Shown here one piece after another: positions 40,966 through 51,019 of a DNA stretch of 64,000 bases. The notes under the pieces are model-generated. The model saw only the letters and a program-made list of their open reading frames with translations, was not told the origin of the DNA and ran no database searches. Every line of letters begins with the position of its first letter. Position 1 is the first letter of the stretch. A program made the position numbers and the translations under genes. Origin of the DNA: an uncultured delta proteobacterium (GTDB taxonomy: Bacteria; Myxococcota_A; Polyangia; Haliangiales; Haliangiaceae); assembly GCA_963848295.1 (NCBI GenBank), contig CAWKDB010000010.1, positions 4,192,001 through 4,256,000 on the forward strand, given 5' to 3'.

Positions 40966-41543
40966 GCCGCGAGCCCGCCAAACCCTCGCAGCGCCTGCCG
41001 CACGTTGGTCAGCTCGTCCTTCTTCACGAGACCGCGTCGGAGGGCTTCATGCGCGGCTTGCCGGAGCATGTCAGGCGCGAGCTTCGCGCGTGCGCAATCC
41101 GCGAGGGTGCGCCCGGGTGACGTGGCAGGAACTGCGCCGAACCACATGCGTTCGCGCTTCGGCACGTCACCGTGGTGAACGATCACGTCGGGCGGCACGC
41201 GCAGTCGCCGTGCGTTCCAAGCCGTCGGCAGCGACAGATGTGCTCGGGCCGGCAGCGTATCGGAAAGGCCTTGAAGCGCGAGCGCGGTCTGGTGCGAGAA
41301 CACGCCCTGCTTGCCCGACCACAACCAGGCGACCACGAGCTCTTCGTGCTCACTGCTCGGGAAATGAACGAGTCGGTATACGCCGCGCCGCGGGCGCGAC
41401 ACCCGGCCCGCGTGGATGTGCTTGAGCAGCAGCTGCGACGAGAAGCCGGCGCTGGCCGCCTCTTGAGTGGTGACGTAGCCTTGCTGGGCGCTGGCCAGTT
41501 CGTAGAGGCGGTCCCAGTTTGGTCCCGAAGCGGTCACACACAC
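40962..41543 (-). CDS. abiEi: AbiEi-family antitoxin
   Basis: AQQGYVT, RRGVYRL, SHQTAL, TSPGRTLAD; ATGA coupling to toxin. Confidence 0.88.
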   Translation of the reverse strand: MCVTASGPNWDRLYELASAQQGYVTTQEAASAGFSSQLLLKHIHAGRVSRPRRGVYRLVHFPSSEHEELVVAWLWSGKQGVFSHQTALALQGLSDTLPARAHLSLPTAWNARRLRVPPDVIVHHGDVPKRERMWFGAVPATSPGRTLADCARAKLAPDMLRQAAHEALRRGLVKKDELTNVRQALRGFGGLAA

Positions 41544-41767
41544 AACGTAACCCTGGGTTTAGTTTCGTGCAACCAGCCATCTGCTCGACCAATTCAGGGT
41601 TGAGACGAGGATTCGGATCTCGACACTTCCGCTCGGAAGCGGATCGAAGGAAGGCGCCCGCGGACTTGATTACGCGCCAGCACGATACAAACGGCGGATG
41701 GTCGCCACAAGCACGACGTCGAAGCCGGCGAAGGCAGCTGCTCTGGCGGAGACGCGCTACACACCAA

Positions 41768-41800
41768 ATTCCGCGTCGTCGGGCAGAGTTTGGGCAGAGC
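41768..41800 (+). repeat. Arm-type direct repeat, copy 3
   Basis: ATTCCGC...GTCGGGCAGAGTTTGGGCAGAGC. Confidence 0.7.
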
Positions 41801-41860
41801 GCTTCGACGGCAAGCTGAGGCTTGAGGTTCGACGGAACCCGTAATCGCAGTTTCGGAACG

Positions 41861-41881
41861 AAAAAGGCTGCCGAGGCAGCC
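41861..41881 (-). terminator. Rho-independent terminator after tRNA-like 3' end
   Basis: Minus strand GGCTGC-CTCG-GCAGCC-TTTTT. Confidence 0.75.
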
Positions 41882-41888
41882 AGTTAAG

Positions 41889-41915
41889 TGGTGGAGATTA
41901 GGGGGATCGAACCCT
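41889..41915 (-). repeat. att-like repeat: tRNA-Ala/tmRNA T-arm, acceptor 3' strand and CCA, copy 2 (not a full tRNA)
   Basis: AGGGTTCGATCCCCCTAATCTCCACCA; U70 and A73 fit Ala identity; no 5' half. Confidence 0.8.
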
Positions 41916-42110
41916 GCGAAGACGATGAGTTTTCAACTTGAGTCACGTGGCCTTGCAGCCGTCTTCGTAGGTTAGCTCGATCCGCAGTCCGCCCTGATCT
42001 GGCCGAGTCCGGCCGGATCGGCTGCGGCTTGGCAAAATTTTGCCAGCGGAAATGACGGCGCGATGCGATCGCGCTCGGTCCGCAGCGGAGCTTGGGCGCG
42101 AGTTCAGGCC

Positions 42111-42152
42111 TTGCCGAACATAAGCTCCGAGTTATAATAATCTAGAGCTTAT
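42111..42152 (+). promoter_or_regulatory. sigma70 promoter with inverted-repeat operator
   Basis: TTGCCG-N16-TATAAT; ATAAGCTC (42120-42127) / GAGCTTAT (42145-42152). Confidence 0.7.
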
Positions 42153-42477
42153 GCCAAAGCCGGAGCGAATCGCCGTCTTCTTTGGTCGCTTGACCGAGGC
42201 GCCGTCGGCTTCGACGGCGGCGGACGCGTTCGCGCAGATCACGGCGATCTTCGTCGCGGTTGAAGACGAGCTCTGCACCGACCCGGACGACCGCATGTAC
42301 CCACCGAGCGGCGACTTCCACTTCGAGGTCGACGGTCGCGAAGACCTCGACCTCTACCGCCAAGCGGCCCACGACACGATCATCCGCGCGAACGGCGCGA
42401 TTCTGATCCGCATCCGGAAGACCGGCGCGGTGGTTTACGAGAAGGCCGGCTCTGACGGCAGAAAGGTGGAGCTATGA
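42151..42477 (+). CDS. Hypothetical protein, putative TA toxin
   Basis: 108 aa, RMYPP...H...NGAI; ATGA-coupled to HTH gene. Confidence 0.7.
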   Translation: MPKPERIAVFFGRLTEAPSASTAADAFAQITAIFVAVEDELCTDPDDRMYPPSGDFHFEVDGREDLDLYRQAAHDTIIRANGAILIRIRKTGAVVYEKAGSDGRKVEL

Positions 42478-43016
42478 CGAACGAGCGAGAGAAGAACGCG
42501 GCGTGGCTTGCCGATCGGCTTCGTGCTGATCTGCCCGCGAGCAAGGTGACGGTCCACAAACCGAGCCCGAAGAGCAGAGGAACCGGTTGGGTCATCGACG
42601 CCGATTATCGCGACCATTCAGTTGTCGTGATGTGGACGAAGGCCGACGGCTTCGGGCTCGCGACTCCGAAGGACGACGAGCCGTACGGGGCGTCGCCGAG
42701 CGAAATCCATGGCGACGGCGACGAAGCGCTCGCGCGTGTGCTGCATCTGCTCAAGACGGGCGAGCAAGCTCGCAGTCACCGCGAGATGCGTCTCCAGGCA
42801 CTACGTACGCATCGCAGCTTTTCGCAGGAGGTACTCGCGAAGGCGATGCAGGTGAGTCAGGCATCCGTCTCTCAAACCGAGCGCCGCGACGACGTCATGA
42901 TCAGCACGTTGCAGAACTACATCGAGGGCCTCGGCGGCAAGCTGCGCGTCGTCGCTGAGTTTCCTGGCGAGAAGATCGAGCTCGAGCTCGGGACTCTATC
43001 GAGCCTGACCAAGTAA
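42474..43016 (+). CDS. XRE-HTH protein (HigA-like) with extra N-terminal domain
   Basis: SQEVLAKAMQVSQASVSQTERRDD..ISTLQNYIEGLGGKL. Confidence 0.85.
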   Translation: MTNEREKNAAWLADRLRADLPASKVTVHKPSPKSRGTGWVIDADYRDHSVVVMWTKADGFGLATPKDDEPYGASPSEIHGDGDEALARVLHLLKTGEQARSHREMRLQALRTHRSFSQEVLAKAMQVSQASVSQTERRDDVMISTLQNYIEGLGGKLRVVAEFPGEKIELELGTLSSLTK

Positions 43017-43194
43017 CGACGACCAAGTGCGTCACTCGTCCGGACATGTCTGGACGATCATTCGCGGCCGATCGCCGAAGGCGGACCAAGGCCGGGAACA
43101 CCGTCTACGTCGCCGGGTAAATCGCGCAGGATGAGGATGGGAAGGTCGTCGGCGTCGGCGTGCCGCCGCACAGGCGGAGAGGTGTTCGAGAACC

Positions 43195-43569
43195 TCAGCC
43201 CCGAACCCTACGGACTTTCCGGGCACCGCCTCTCGGCCCGTGGCTAGTCCCGCGCGGCAGAAGCACCAAGTCGGCGGCTTCCTCGGCGTCTTTGAGGAGT
43301 GTCTTGCGAGGCGTGCCCAACGCTTTCGGCGGATGGTCGTCGCGCCACTGGTGCCAGGCCGCGAGCGCCTTGTTCGCGCGCTCCACGGTGCGAGTGACCA
43401 GCGGTAGCGTCGCAGCTTCGTTGAGCGCCATGTCCGTGATCGCGTCGAGCAATCCCGCCGCGACCGCGAGCCGGTCGACCAGGTCACTCGGTGCGAGCGC
43501 CGCGATCGCCAGCTCGAGGCCGGTCTTCACCTCGCGAGCGAGATGCCTGAGCTCCATCTGCTTGCTCAT
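43195..43569 (-). CDS. Hypothetical helical protein
   Basis: GAGG RBS; MSKQMELRHLAREVKTGLELA... Confidence 0.6.
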   Translation of the reverse strand: MSKQMELRHLAREVKTGLELAIAALAPSDLVDRLAVAAGLLDAITDMALNEAATLPLVTRTVERANKALAAWHQWRDDHPPKALGTPRKTLLKDAEEAADLVLLPRGTSHGPRGGARKVRRVRG

Positions 43570-43647
43570 CGGAACCTCAGGTGGCTCGTAGGCCACCGAG
43601 CCGAAAACCATGGCGCGCGAAAAATATTCCGCGGCCAAACGCGTGCA

Positions 43648-44445
43648 TCAGTGTCTCAGGATCGGCCAACCGACCTCTGTGCGCCAGCGGAGTGCGTCCT
43701 TCGTCTGAAAGCGAGCCACGAGGTAGTGCTCGCGAATCGGTCCGGCGAGCCCGAGCTCCTGCGCGGCGACGTGCGTCCCCAGCGCGCCGTACGTGCGATC
43801 GATGTCGGCGTGCGAGCCGCGATGGGTGGTCAGCGCGAGCTCGACGGCCGGCAGCACGATCGCCCGAGCACGGTCAGACTCGCGCGACGCGTTCGTCGGG
43901 ATGAACGCGGTGACCGCACCTGCCTCCTCGGCGAACAACTCCGTCGCGAACAGCGCACCGGCCGGGCCGGTCGGTGCTGTGACCGCGGCGTGTAGCTCGG
44001 TGAACGCTGCCTGCCACCAGCGCGACAGGTCGGCCAGCTGCACGTGGTCGGAGATGGCCAGCACCGGGAGCTCGCCGATCGCGCGGTACTCGATCGCGAT
44101 CACCGGCTCGGGCCGTTCGACGAGCGAGCGCAACGAAGCAACTGCGGCCCGCGTCTCCGCGAGCTGACGCTCGAGCCGATCGAGATGCGTGAGGATCAGC
44201 TCGTTGCGTACCGCTGGATCCGATGCCTCGAGTAGCGCGCGCACGTCGTCGATGGGCATCCCGAGCTCGCGAAACCGCTTGATGACGTGGGCGATCGCGA
44301 CCTGTCCGCACGCGTAGTAGCGATAGCCGGTCGCGGGATCGACGTCATCGGGTACGAGCAGGCCGACGTCGTGATAGTGGCGGAGCGTCTTGATGCTCAG
44401 ATGCGTCATGCGCGCGAAGTCGCCGATCGAGACGTTGCGGCTCAT
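43648..44445 (-). CDS. MerR-family regulator with GyrI-like domain (BmrR-like)
   Basis: SIGDFARMT.LSIKTLRHYH..GLL, TGYRYY; HRGSH...GPIREHY. Confidence 0.92.
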   Translation of the reverse strand: MSRNVSIGDFARMTHLSIKTLRHYHDVGLLVPDDVDPATGYRYYACGQVAIAHVIKRFRELGMPIDDVRALLEASDPAVRNELILTHLDRLERQLAETRAAVASLRSLVERPEPVIAIEYRAIGELPVLAISDHVQLADLSRWWQAAFTELHAAVTAPTGPAGALFATELFAEEAGAVTAFIPTNASRESDRARAIVLPAVELALTTHRGSHADIDRTYGALGTHVAAQELGLAGPIREHYLVARFQTKDALRWRTEVGWPILRH

Positions 44446-45350
44446 AACGACGCCAAGACTCGCACGCGGTCGGCCAGGGCGCGCCGCGAGACGGCCGCGG
44501 TCGGCGCGAATAGCTCGAACCCGTGCGGGACTCCGGGGTGAACGTGTAGCTCGACCCAAACGTGCGCGGCAGCGAGGCGCTGCGCGTACGCGATCGTCTC
44601 GGCGCAGAAGATGTCGAGCTGGCCGACGTCGAGATACGTCCGCGGCAGCCCGGCGACGCTGGCGGCGCGCGCCGGCGAATCGCGCAGGCCGGGGAGCACG
44701 GCGTTCCAGCCGGTGATGTTGTCGTCCCACGTCCACGTCGCGAACGGCGCGAGCGCGGCATCGGCGACGGTATTGCGATCGTCGAGCATCGGATAGATGA
44801 GCAGCTGCGCGGCGAGCGGTGGCCCGCCGCGGTCGCGCGCTCGCAGCGCGGTCATCGCCGCATGACCTGCGCCCGCGCTATCACCCATGATCGCGATCCG
44901 CGAGGGATCCGTGTCGAGCCTGCGCGCGTTAGCAGCGAGCCACTCGAGCGCACCAAAGCAATCGTCGACCGCGGTAGGATGCGTGTGCTCGGGCGCGAGC
45001 CGGTAATCGACGACGAGCATGGGTACGCCACTGCGCGCGACGTACCGCCGGACGATCGCGTCGTAGCCGGCCATCGTGCCGAGAATCATGCCGCCGCCGT
45101 GGATATAGAGCGCAGCCGCGGGCGAGCTGCGCGTCGCGGGCTCGTACCAGCGCATCGGCACGACGCCGCTGACGTCGCGAACCCGCACGTCAGGTGCGGG
45201 CTCGATCAGCGCCGACCATGCGACGAACATCCGGTCCCCTGCCGAGCGTCGCGATGCCCAGTCACCGATCGGCGGGCGTGGCGGCAGCGGGCGGCCCCCC
45301 GTCATCGCGGCGAGCGCAGCCGCGATCTCGGAATCGAGCGCGAGGGTCAC
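44442..45350 (-). CDS. HSL-family alpha/beta hydrolase (esterase)
   Basis: HGGG, DYRLAPEH, GDSAG, HGF. Confidence 0.92.
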   Translation of the reverse strand: MTLALDSEIAAALAAMTGGRPLPPRPPIGDWASRRSAGDRMFVAWSALIEPAPDVRVRDVSGVVPMRWYEPATRSSPAAALYIHGGGMILGTMAGYDAIVRRYVARSGVPMLVVDYRLAPEHTHPTAVDDCFGALEWLAANARRLDTDPSRIAIMGDSAGAGHAAMTALRARDRGGPPLAAQLLIYPMLDDRNTVADAALAPFATWTWDDNITGWNAVLPGLRDSPARAASVAGLPRTYLDVGQLDIFCAETIAYAQRLAAAHVWVELHVHPGVPHGFELFAPTAAVSRRALADRVRVLASL

Positions 45351-45634
45351 ACGCCCTCGACGATCACGAAGCGGTAGTCCCCACCGAGGAAGCGATCGCG
45401 GCTCGCGGCTTGATATGGCGCGCTCGCATACCACGCCTTCGCCTCGGCGAACGTCGGGAACTCGAGGATCGCGGCGCCCTCGGTGACCGGGCCTTCGATG
45501 GTCTCGCACCGGCCAAACCGCGCCCGGTAGGTCAGCGCGTGTCCGGCGATGAAGTGGTCGTGGTGCGCGGCGTAGCGCTTCAGTGCCTCGGCATCGCGGG
45601 TTCGTTCCTTGGTGATGATGATGTAAGCGGGCAT
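45347..45634 (-). CDS. DUF1330 protein
   Basis: MPAYII, ILEFP...AKAWY.S..YQ, IVEG. Confidence 0.88.
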   Translation of the reverse strand: MPAYIIITKERTRDAEALKRYAAHHDHFIAGHALTYRARFGRCETIEGPVTEGAAILEFPTFAEAKAWYASAPYQAASRDRFLGGDYRFVIVEGV

Positions 45635-45640
45635 GACCGC

Positions 45641-45672
45641 GTTGTGACGTTCTCCCCCAACGGGAGAGTCAA
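45641..45672 (-). promoter_or_regulatory. MerR/BmrR-type promoter-operator
   Basis: TTGACT followed by palindrome TCTCCC-N5-GGGAGA within an elongated spacer. Confidence 0.7.
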
Positions 45673-46040
45673 GCGGTCGCGTGGCCCGCATCTATGGGCA
45701 TAGGCGCTAGGGCCTCGGGCAGATCGAAGCCGCGGAAGTAGTCCGCGCCGATGAAGTGCACGGCCTGGACGACGCGGTCGCCCGCGAAGTCGACGATCTG
45801 CAGCGAATGGCGCGCGAGGTCGTCGCTGTTGCCTGCATAGAACGCGAGCGCGGTGCGGCCGTTCGCGCGCGTCGCGACGATCCGAATGGTCAGCGACCAG
45901 AAGCGCGCGAGCCGCTCGCCTCGGAACAGCGCGCCGACCGCCGGGCCGCGGAACCAAGCTGCGTGGGGTGGCATCGCGAACACGACCTCATCGTGCAATA
46001 ACCGAACGAGCGCGTCGAGATCGTTAGTTAGCCATGCTTC
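45669..46040 (-). pseudogene. C-terminal (SnoaL-like) remnant of a SigG/ECF56-type sigma factor
   Basis: AW..NDLDALVRLLHDEVVFAMPP..WFRG, TRANG, F..FDLP; no start or sigma domains. Confidence 0.7.
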
Positions 46041-46861
46041 GCCGCGTGGTACTCGCGGCGAACGTGCTCGAGATCGACCGAGGGCCGCGGGTATTTCAGG
46101 TCCAGCCCTTCGAGGTACTCGACGACGATCCGCGCGATCGCGAGGTTGCGAAACCACTTGTGGTCGGACGGGATCACGAACCACGGCGCGTGCTCGGTGC
46201 TGCAGCGCGACAGCGCGTCCTCGTACGCCGCCGTGTAGTCGGTCCCAGGACAATGCGTTCCTTGTAGTCGGCCTCGCTGATCTTCCATTGCTTGGCCGGA
46301 TCGTCGAGCCGCTCCGCGAAGCGCGTCAGTTGCTCTTCCTTGGAGATGTGGAGATAGAACTTGAGGATGTGGGTGTCGTTCTCGACGAGCTCGTGCTCGA
46401 ACGCGTTGATCTGGTCGTAGCGGCGCGACCAGACCTCCTTCGGGACCAGGTCGTGGACGCGGACGACGAGCACGTCCTCGTAGTGCGAGCGGTTGAAGAT
46501 CGTCGACCTCGCCCGGCGCGGGCGCCGCTCGGTGCGCTCGCCACAAGAAGTCGTGCGCGAGCTCCTCGGCGGACGGCTGCTTGAACGCGCGCCACGCGGC
46601 AGCCCTGCGGATTCATCGCGCCGAGGACGTGGTTGATCGTCCCGTCCTTGCCGCCGGTGTCCAGCGCTTGCAGGCAGATCAGCAGCGAGTACCGGCCATC
46701 GGCATAGAACAGATCCTGGAGCGCGCGCAGCTTCTTCTGGTCCTGCTCGATCTCGTCGGCGGCCTTCTTGTGGCTCTCGTGGTGGTCCTTGAAGCCGGGA
46801 TCGATGTCCGCGAGCTTCACGTGGCTGCCGGGCTCACCCTGAACCGATCGACGTAGTTCAT
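46028..46861 (-). CDS. ppk2: Polyphosphate kinase 2 (frameshifted in this sequence)
   Basis: [42 protein letters not shown] across frames. Confidence 0.88.
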
Positions 46862-49376
46862 CGTCGACTCCTCCGCTGCGAGCTTGTAGGCCGGCGTGAC
46901 GATCTGCGGTGCGAGGTTCGAGCGGCTTGCCGGCGGCGGCCGGCGGCTTCGCCCGATCGAGGACGCGATACGCGAGCAGCTTCACGCGGTCGTTCACCAG
47001 GAACCAGGCCAGCGCGTAGCCCCAGACGAACGCGGCCCAGCCCCAGCCGAGCGGCGTCATGAACAGGCCGTAGACCGCGATCAGCGTCGCCACGATCTGC
47101 GTGCCGAGCACCGCGACCCACAGGACGCGCGCCGGGCGGATCGACCAGAACGGGCCGCGCGTGCGCGTCAGGAAGATCGTCAGGTGCCCGGCGACCGACA
47201 GCTTCAGGTACATCAGCGTCTGGATGTGCGCGCGGTCGAGGTGGAACACGCGCTCGCCGAGGTAGAACAGCCCGAACGCGGCGACGACGCCCGATGACGC
47301 CGAGCACCGTCGACGATCCCGAGCACGAGGCGCATGTTCCAGGCCTCGGGCTGGTTCTTGTAGTGAACGTTGTCGTAGGCGATCGACAGGATCGCGCCGT
47401 CGTTGAGCAGCGCCAGCATCACGATCATCACCGCGGTGACCGGATAGAAGTTGAACACCAGGATCGCGAGCGTCATGAACAGCAGCACGCGCAGCGTCTC
47501 GGCGATGCGGTAGATCGCGTAGCTGTTCATGCGCTGGAAGATCTTCCGGCTCTCCTTGATCGCGTCGATGATCACCGACAGGCCCGGCGTCAGCAGCACG
47601 ATCGACGCCGCCGCGCGCGCCGCGTCGGTCGCGCCCGACACCGCGATGCCGCAGTCGGCCTTCTTCAGCGCGGGCGCGTCGTTCACGCCGTCGCCGGTCA
47701 TGCCGACGATGTGACCGCGCTGCTGCAGGACGTCGACGATGTGGAACTTGTGCTCGGGGAAGACCTGGGCGAAGCCGTCCGCGCTCTCGATCGACTGCCG
47801 CCTGCTCGGCGGTCTCGTGATGCTTCGCGTCGCCGAGGCCGCTGGCGTCGAGGATGTTCGTGCCCAAGCCCGAGCTTCGCGGCGGTCTCGCGCGCGATCG
47901 CCAGCTGATCGCCGGTGACCATCTTGACGCTCACGCCCATCTGCCGGGCGCTCGCGATGGTCGCCTTGGCTTGCTCGCGCGGCGGATCGAACAGCGGCAG
48001 CACGCCGAGGAACTGCCACTGGCCTGTCGCGTCGGCGCGCGCCACGCCGAGCGAGCGAAAGCCGCGCGCCGCGAACTCGTTCGACGGCCTTCGTCGACCG
48101 CGGCCTTGACCTGCGCGGCGTTGGCCGACATCGCCAGGATCACCTGCGGCGCGCCCTTGGTGACCTGGAACTGCTTGCCGTCCTTGTCCTTGACCGTGGC
48201 CTCGGTGCGCTTGTGCACGGGATCGAACGGCTGGAAGTGGACGACCTGATAGCCCTTCGAGCGCGCTGGTCGTTCTTCACGCCGCCGAGCACGGCGAGGT
48301 CGATCGTGTCCTTGTCCTCCGCGCGCGACGCGAGCGCGGCGGCGAGGATGACCTGGTCGGCGGGGACGTCGTCGACGCAGAACGGATCGCCGAGCGTCAG
48401 CTTGTTCTGGGTGAGCGTGCCGGTCTTGTCCGAGCACAGCACGTCGACGCCCGCGAGCTCCTCGATCGCGGCCAGCCGCGTCACGATCGCCTGCTTCTTC
48501 GCGAGCAGGCGCGCGCCGACCGCCATCGTCACCGACAGCACCGTCGGCATCGCCACCGGAATCGCCGCGACCATCAGCACCAGCGCGAACTGCAGCGTCG
48601 TGAGCATCGGATCGCCGCGGAAGAGCGCGACGGTGACGATCACCGCGACCAGCGCCGGCTGCGAGGACGATCAGGTAATTGCCGATCTTGAGCACCGCGC
48701 GCTGGAAGTGGCTGACCGTGTGCGCCTCCTGCACGAGCTGCGCGGTCTTGCCGAAGTAGGTGTTCGCGCCGGTCGCGTAGACCAGCGCGTCGATCTCGCC
48801 CTGGCGGATGATCGAGCCCGAGAACACCGCCTCGCCGGCCTTGCGCGTCGCGGGCAGCGACTCGCCGGTCAGCGCCGACTGATCGACCTCGATCGGATCG
48901 CCCGTCGAGCAGGCGCGCATCGGCCGGCACGATGTCGCCGAGCCGCACGCGGATGACGTCGCCCGGCACGAGCTCGCGCGCCGGCGACGGTCGTCCACTT
49001 GCCGTCGCGCTTCACGCGTCGCCTTGATCGCCAGCTTGGCCTTGAGCGCGGCGATCGCGTTGCCGGCCTGGTGCTCCTCCCAGAATCCGACGACGGCGTT
49101 CGACGCGAGCAGCACCGAGGATGATCGACGAAGTCCGAGCCAGTGCCGGACGACGCGCCGACAGGATCACCGCGCCTTCGATCATCCACGGGATCGGCCC
49201 CCAGAAGTAGCCGAGGAACTTCAGGAGCGCGTTGGTCTTCTTCTCCGCGATCTCGTTCGGCCCCGTACTGGATCAGCCGCTTCGCAGCTTCGGCATCCGC
49301 GAGGCCTCCGGGCGTCGAGCCGAGCTTCGTCTGCAAGCTCGGACAACGGCATGGATTTCAGCTCGTCTTCAGGCAT
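46858..49376 (-). CDS. P-type H+-efflux ATPase (type IIIA), multiple frameshifts
   Basis: FWGPIPWMIE, DQSALTGES, IPVAMPTV, CSDKTGTLT, KGAP, GDGVNDAPALK, IAYDN across frames; 3' end approximate. Confidence 0.88.
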
Positions 49377-49391
49377 CAAGCGTCGGTCGAA

Positions 49392-49477
49392 TGCAATTGT
49401 GAGCCCGTGGCTGACTGGGCGCCCTGGCCCCAACGCGGCCTTCGCGAGCGCCGATGAGCGCCGGCGCACGGTGTGCG
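49392..49477 (-). promoter_or_regulatory. sigma54 promoter with CGCA-N5-TGCG site
   Basis: CGGGCTCACAATTGCA (49407-49392); perfect site 49465-49477. Confidence 0.6.
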
Positions 49478-49559
49478 TCACGGGCGCCCGATTCGCTCAC
49501 TGCTGACGCTTGAGCGACGTGGACGCTCGTCGGAGCTAGCCACGACGCTGTGCCACCTG

Positions 49560-51011
49560 CTACGCAGCCGCCTTCGCGGTCCCTAGCCCGCGAACCGCTT
49601 CGATCATCTTCACCAGCACGGCCTGCGCGTCGCCGTACACCATGTCGCAATTGTCGCCATAAAACAGCGGATTCACGATGCCGGCGTAGCCCTTGCCCTC
49701 GCCGCGTTTGACGACGTAGACCTTCTTCGCTTTGTCGGCATTGAGGATCGGCATGCCGAAGATCGGCGAACCCTTGTCGGTCCGGGCCGACGGATTGACG
49801 ACGTCATTGGCGCCGATCACGAGCGCGACGTCCGTCGTTGCGAAGTCCGCATTGATATCCTCGAGCTGAAAGATGAGATCGTAGGGCACGCCGGCCTCGG
49901 CGAGAAGGACGTCCATCTGACCGGGCATCCGGCCCGCGACCGGGTGAATCGCGAACTTGACGGTCACGCCCGCCGCTTGGAGCAGCTTGACGAACTCGTA
50001 GAGCTTCTGCTGACCCTGGGCGACGGCGAGCCCGTAGCCCGGCACGATGATCACGCTGCTCGCGTAGCGCATGAAGATGCCGGCATCGCTCGCGTCGACC
50101 GGCTTCAGACTGCCTTTGATGTCGCCCTGCTTGTGCGCGGCGACCTCGCCGAACTTGGTGAACAGGACGTTACCGATCGAGCGATTCATCGCCTTCGCCA
50201 TGAGCATCGTCAGCAGCAAGCCGGCGGCGCCGACGACCATGCCGGCGATCATCAGTGCTGGGTTCTGCAGCACGAAGCCCTCGAGCCCGACGGCGAGCCC
50301 CGTGAGCGAGTTGTAGATCGCGATCACGACTGGCATGTCGGCGCCGCCGATCGGCAGGGTCATCAGGATGCCGAAGAGCAACGCACATCCAAAGAACAGG
50401 GCGATCAGCTGAGGCATCGCGAGCAGCGGGGCCGTGCCACTCAGCGCGACAACCACGATGTATGCACCGACCGCGAGCGTGGCCGCGAACACGACGGCGT
50501 TCACGACCTGCTGACCGCGCACGTGCAGTGGCTTCTTGATCACGCCATCGAGCTTGGCCCAGGCGACGAGCGAGCCCGAGAGAGACACCGCGCCGATCAA
50601 CGCGCCGATCAAGGTCACGATCAGTGCGGTCGCGCCGTGTGCCCTATTGCCGAACAACTCGACGGCCGCGATCGCGCCTGCAGCGCCACCGCCCATCCCG
50701 TTGTAGAGCGCCACCATCTGCGGCATCGAGGTCATCGCTACCTTCTTGCCGCTCCACCACGCCACGCCACCGCCGAGCACCAACGCGACGACGGCGAGTC
50801 CGAGATTCACAAGCAGGTGCGGATGCGCGGTCGCACTGACCTGAACACGTACAGGAAGCTGGTCACGATCGCGGCGAGCATCCCGAGCCCGGCGACGAAG
50901 ATTCCCGAGCGCGCGGTCATCGGCGACGACATCCGCTTGAGGCCGTAGATCAAGAGCACGGCCGCGACGAGCTCGGTCGCGGCGATCGTGAAGTGCGGAG
51001 AGCTCGATCAT
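49560..51011 (-). CDS. pntB: NAD(P) transhydrogenase beta subunit (compensating frameshifts near 5' end)
   Basis: MTSMPQMVA, IGGADMPVV, VPGYGLAVAQ, HPVAGRMPG, GANDVVNP. Confidence 0.92.
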   Translation of the reverse strand: MIELSALHDRRDRARRGRALDLRPQADVVADDRALGNLRRRARDARRDRDQLPVRVQVSATAHPHLLVNLGLAVVALVLGGGVAWWSGKKVAMTSMPQMVALYNGMGGGAAGAIAAVELFGNRAHGATALIVTLIGALIGAVSLSGSLVAWAKLDGVIKKPLHVRGQQVVNAVVFAATLAVGAYIVVVALSGTAPLLAMPQLIALFFGCALLFGILMTLPIGGADMPVVIAIYNSLTGLAVGLEGFVLQNPALMIAGMVVGAAGLLLTMLMAKAMNRSIGNVLFTKFGEVAAHKQGDIKGSLKPVDASDAGIFMRYASSVIIVPGYGLAVAQGQQKLYEFVKLLQAAGVTVKFAIHPVAGRMPGQMDVLLAEAGVPYDLIFQLEDINADFATTDVALVIGANDVVNPSARTDKGSPIFGMPILNADKAKKVYVVKRGEGKGYAGIVNPLFYGDNCDMVYGDAQAVLVKMIEAVRGLGTAKAAA

Positions 51012-51019
51012 CGCGGGCC

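Larger units (their letters stand above)
39910..41911. mobile_element. att-flanked ~2-kb integrase-less cassette carrying AbiE
   Basis: 21-bp direct repeats, internal arm-type repeats about 100 bp from each end. Confidence 0.65.

Noticed and set aside
41889..41965. Complete tRNA gene
   Set aside because: Only T-loop, acceptor 3' strand and CCA are present; upstream sequence gives no D or anticodon arm and no matching 5' strand
46326..47867. H+-ATPase-PPK2 fusion ORF
   Set aside because: ppk2 has its own GGAGGA RBS and ATG at 46861; the apparent fusion results from indels
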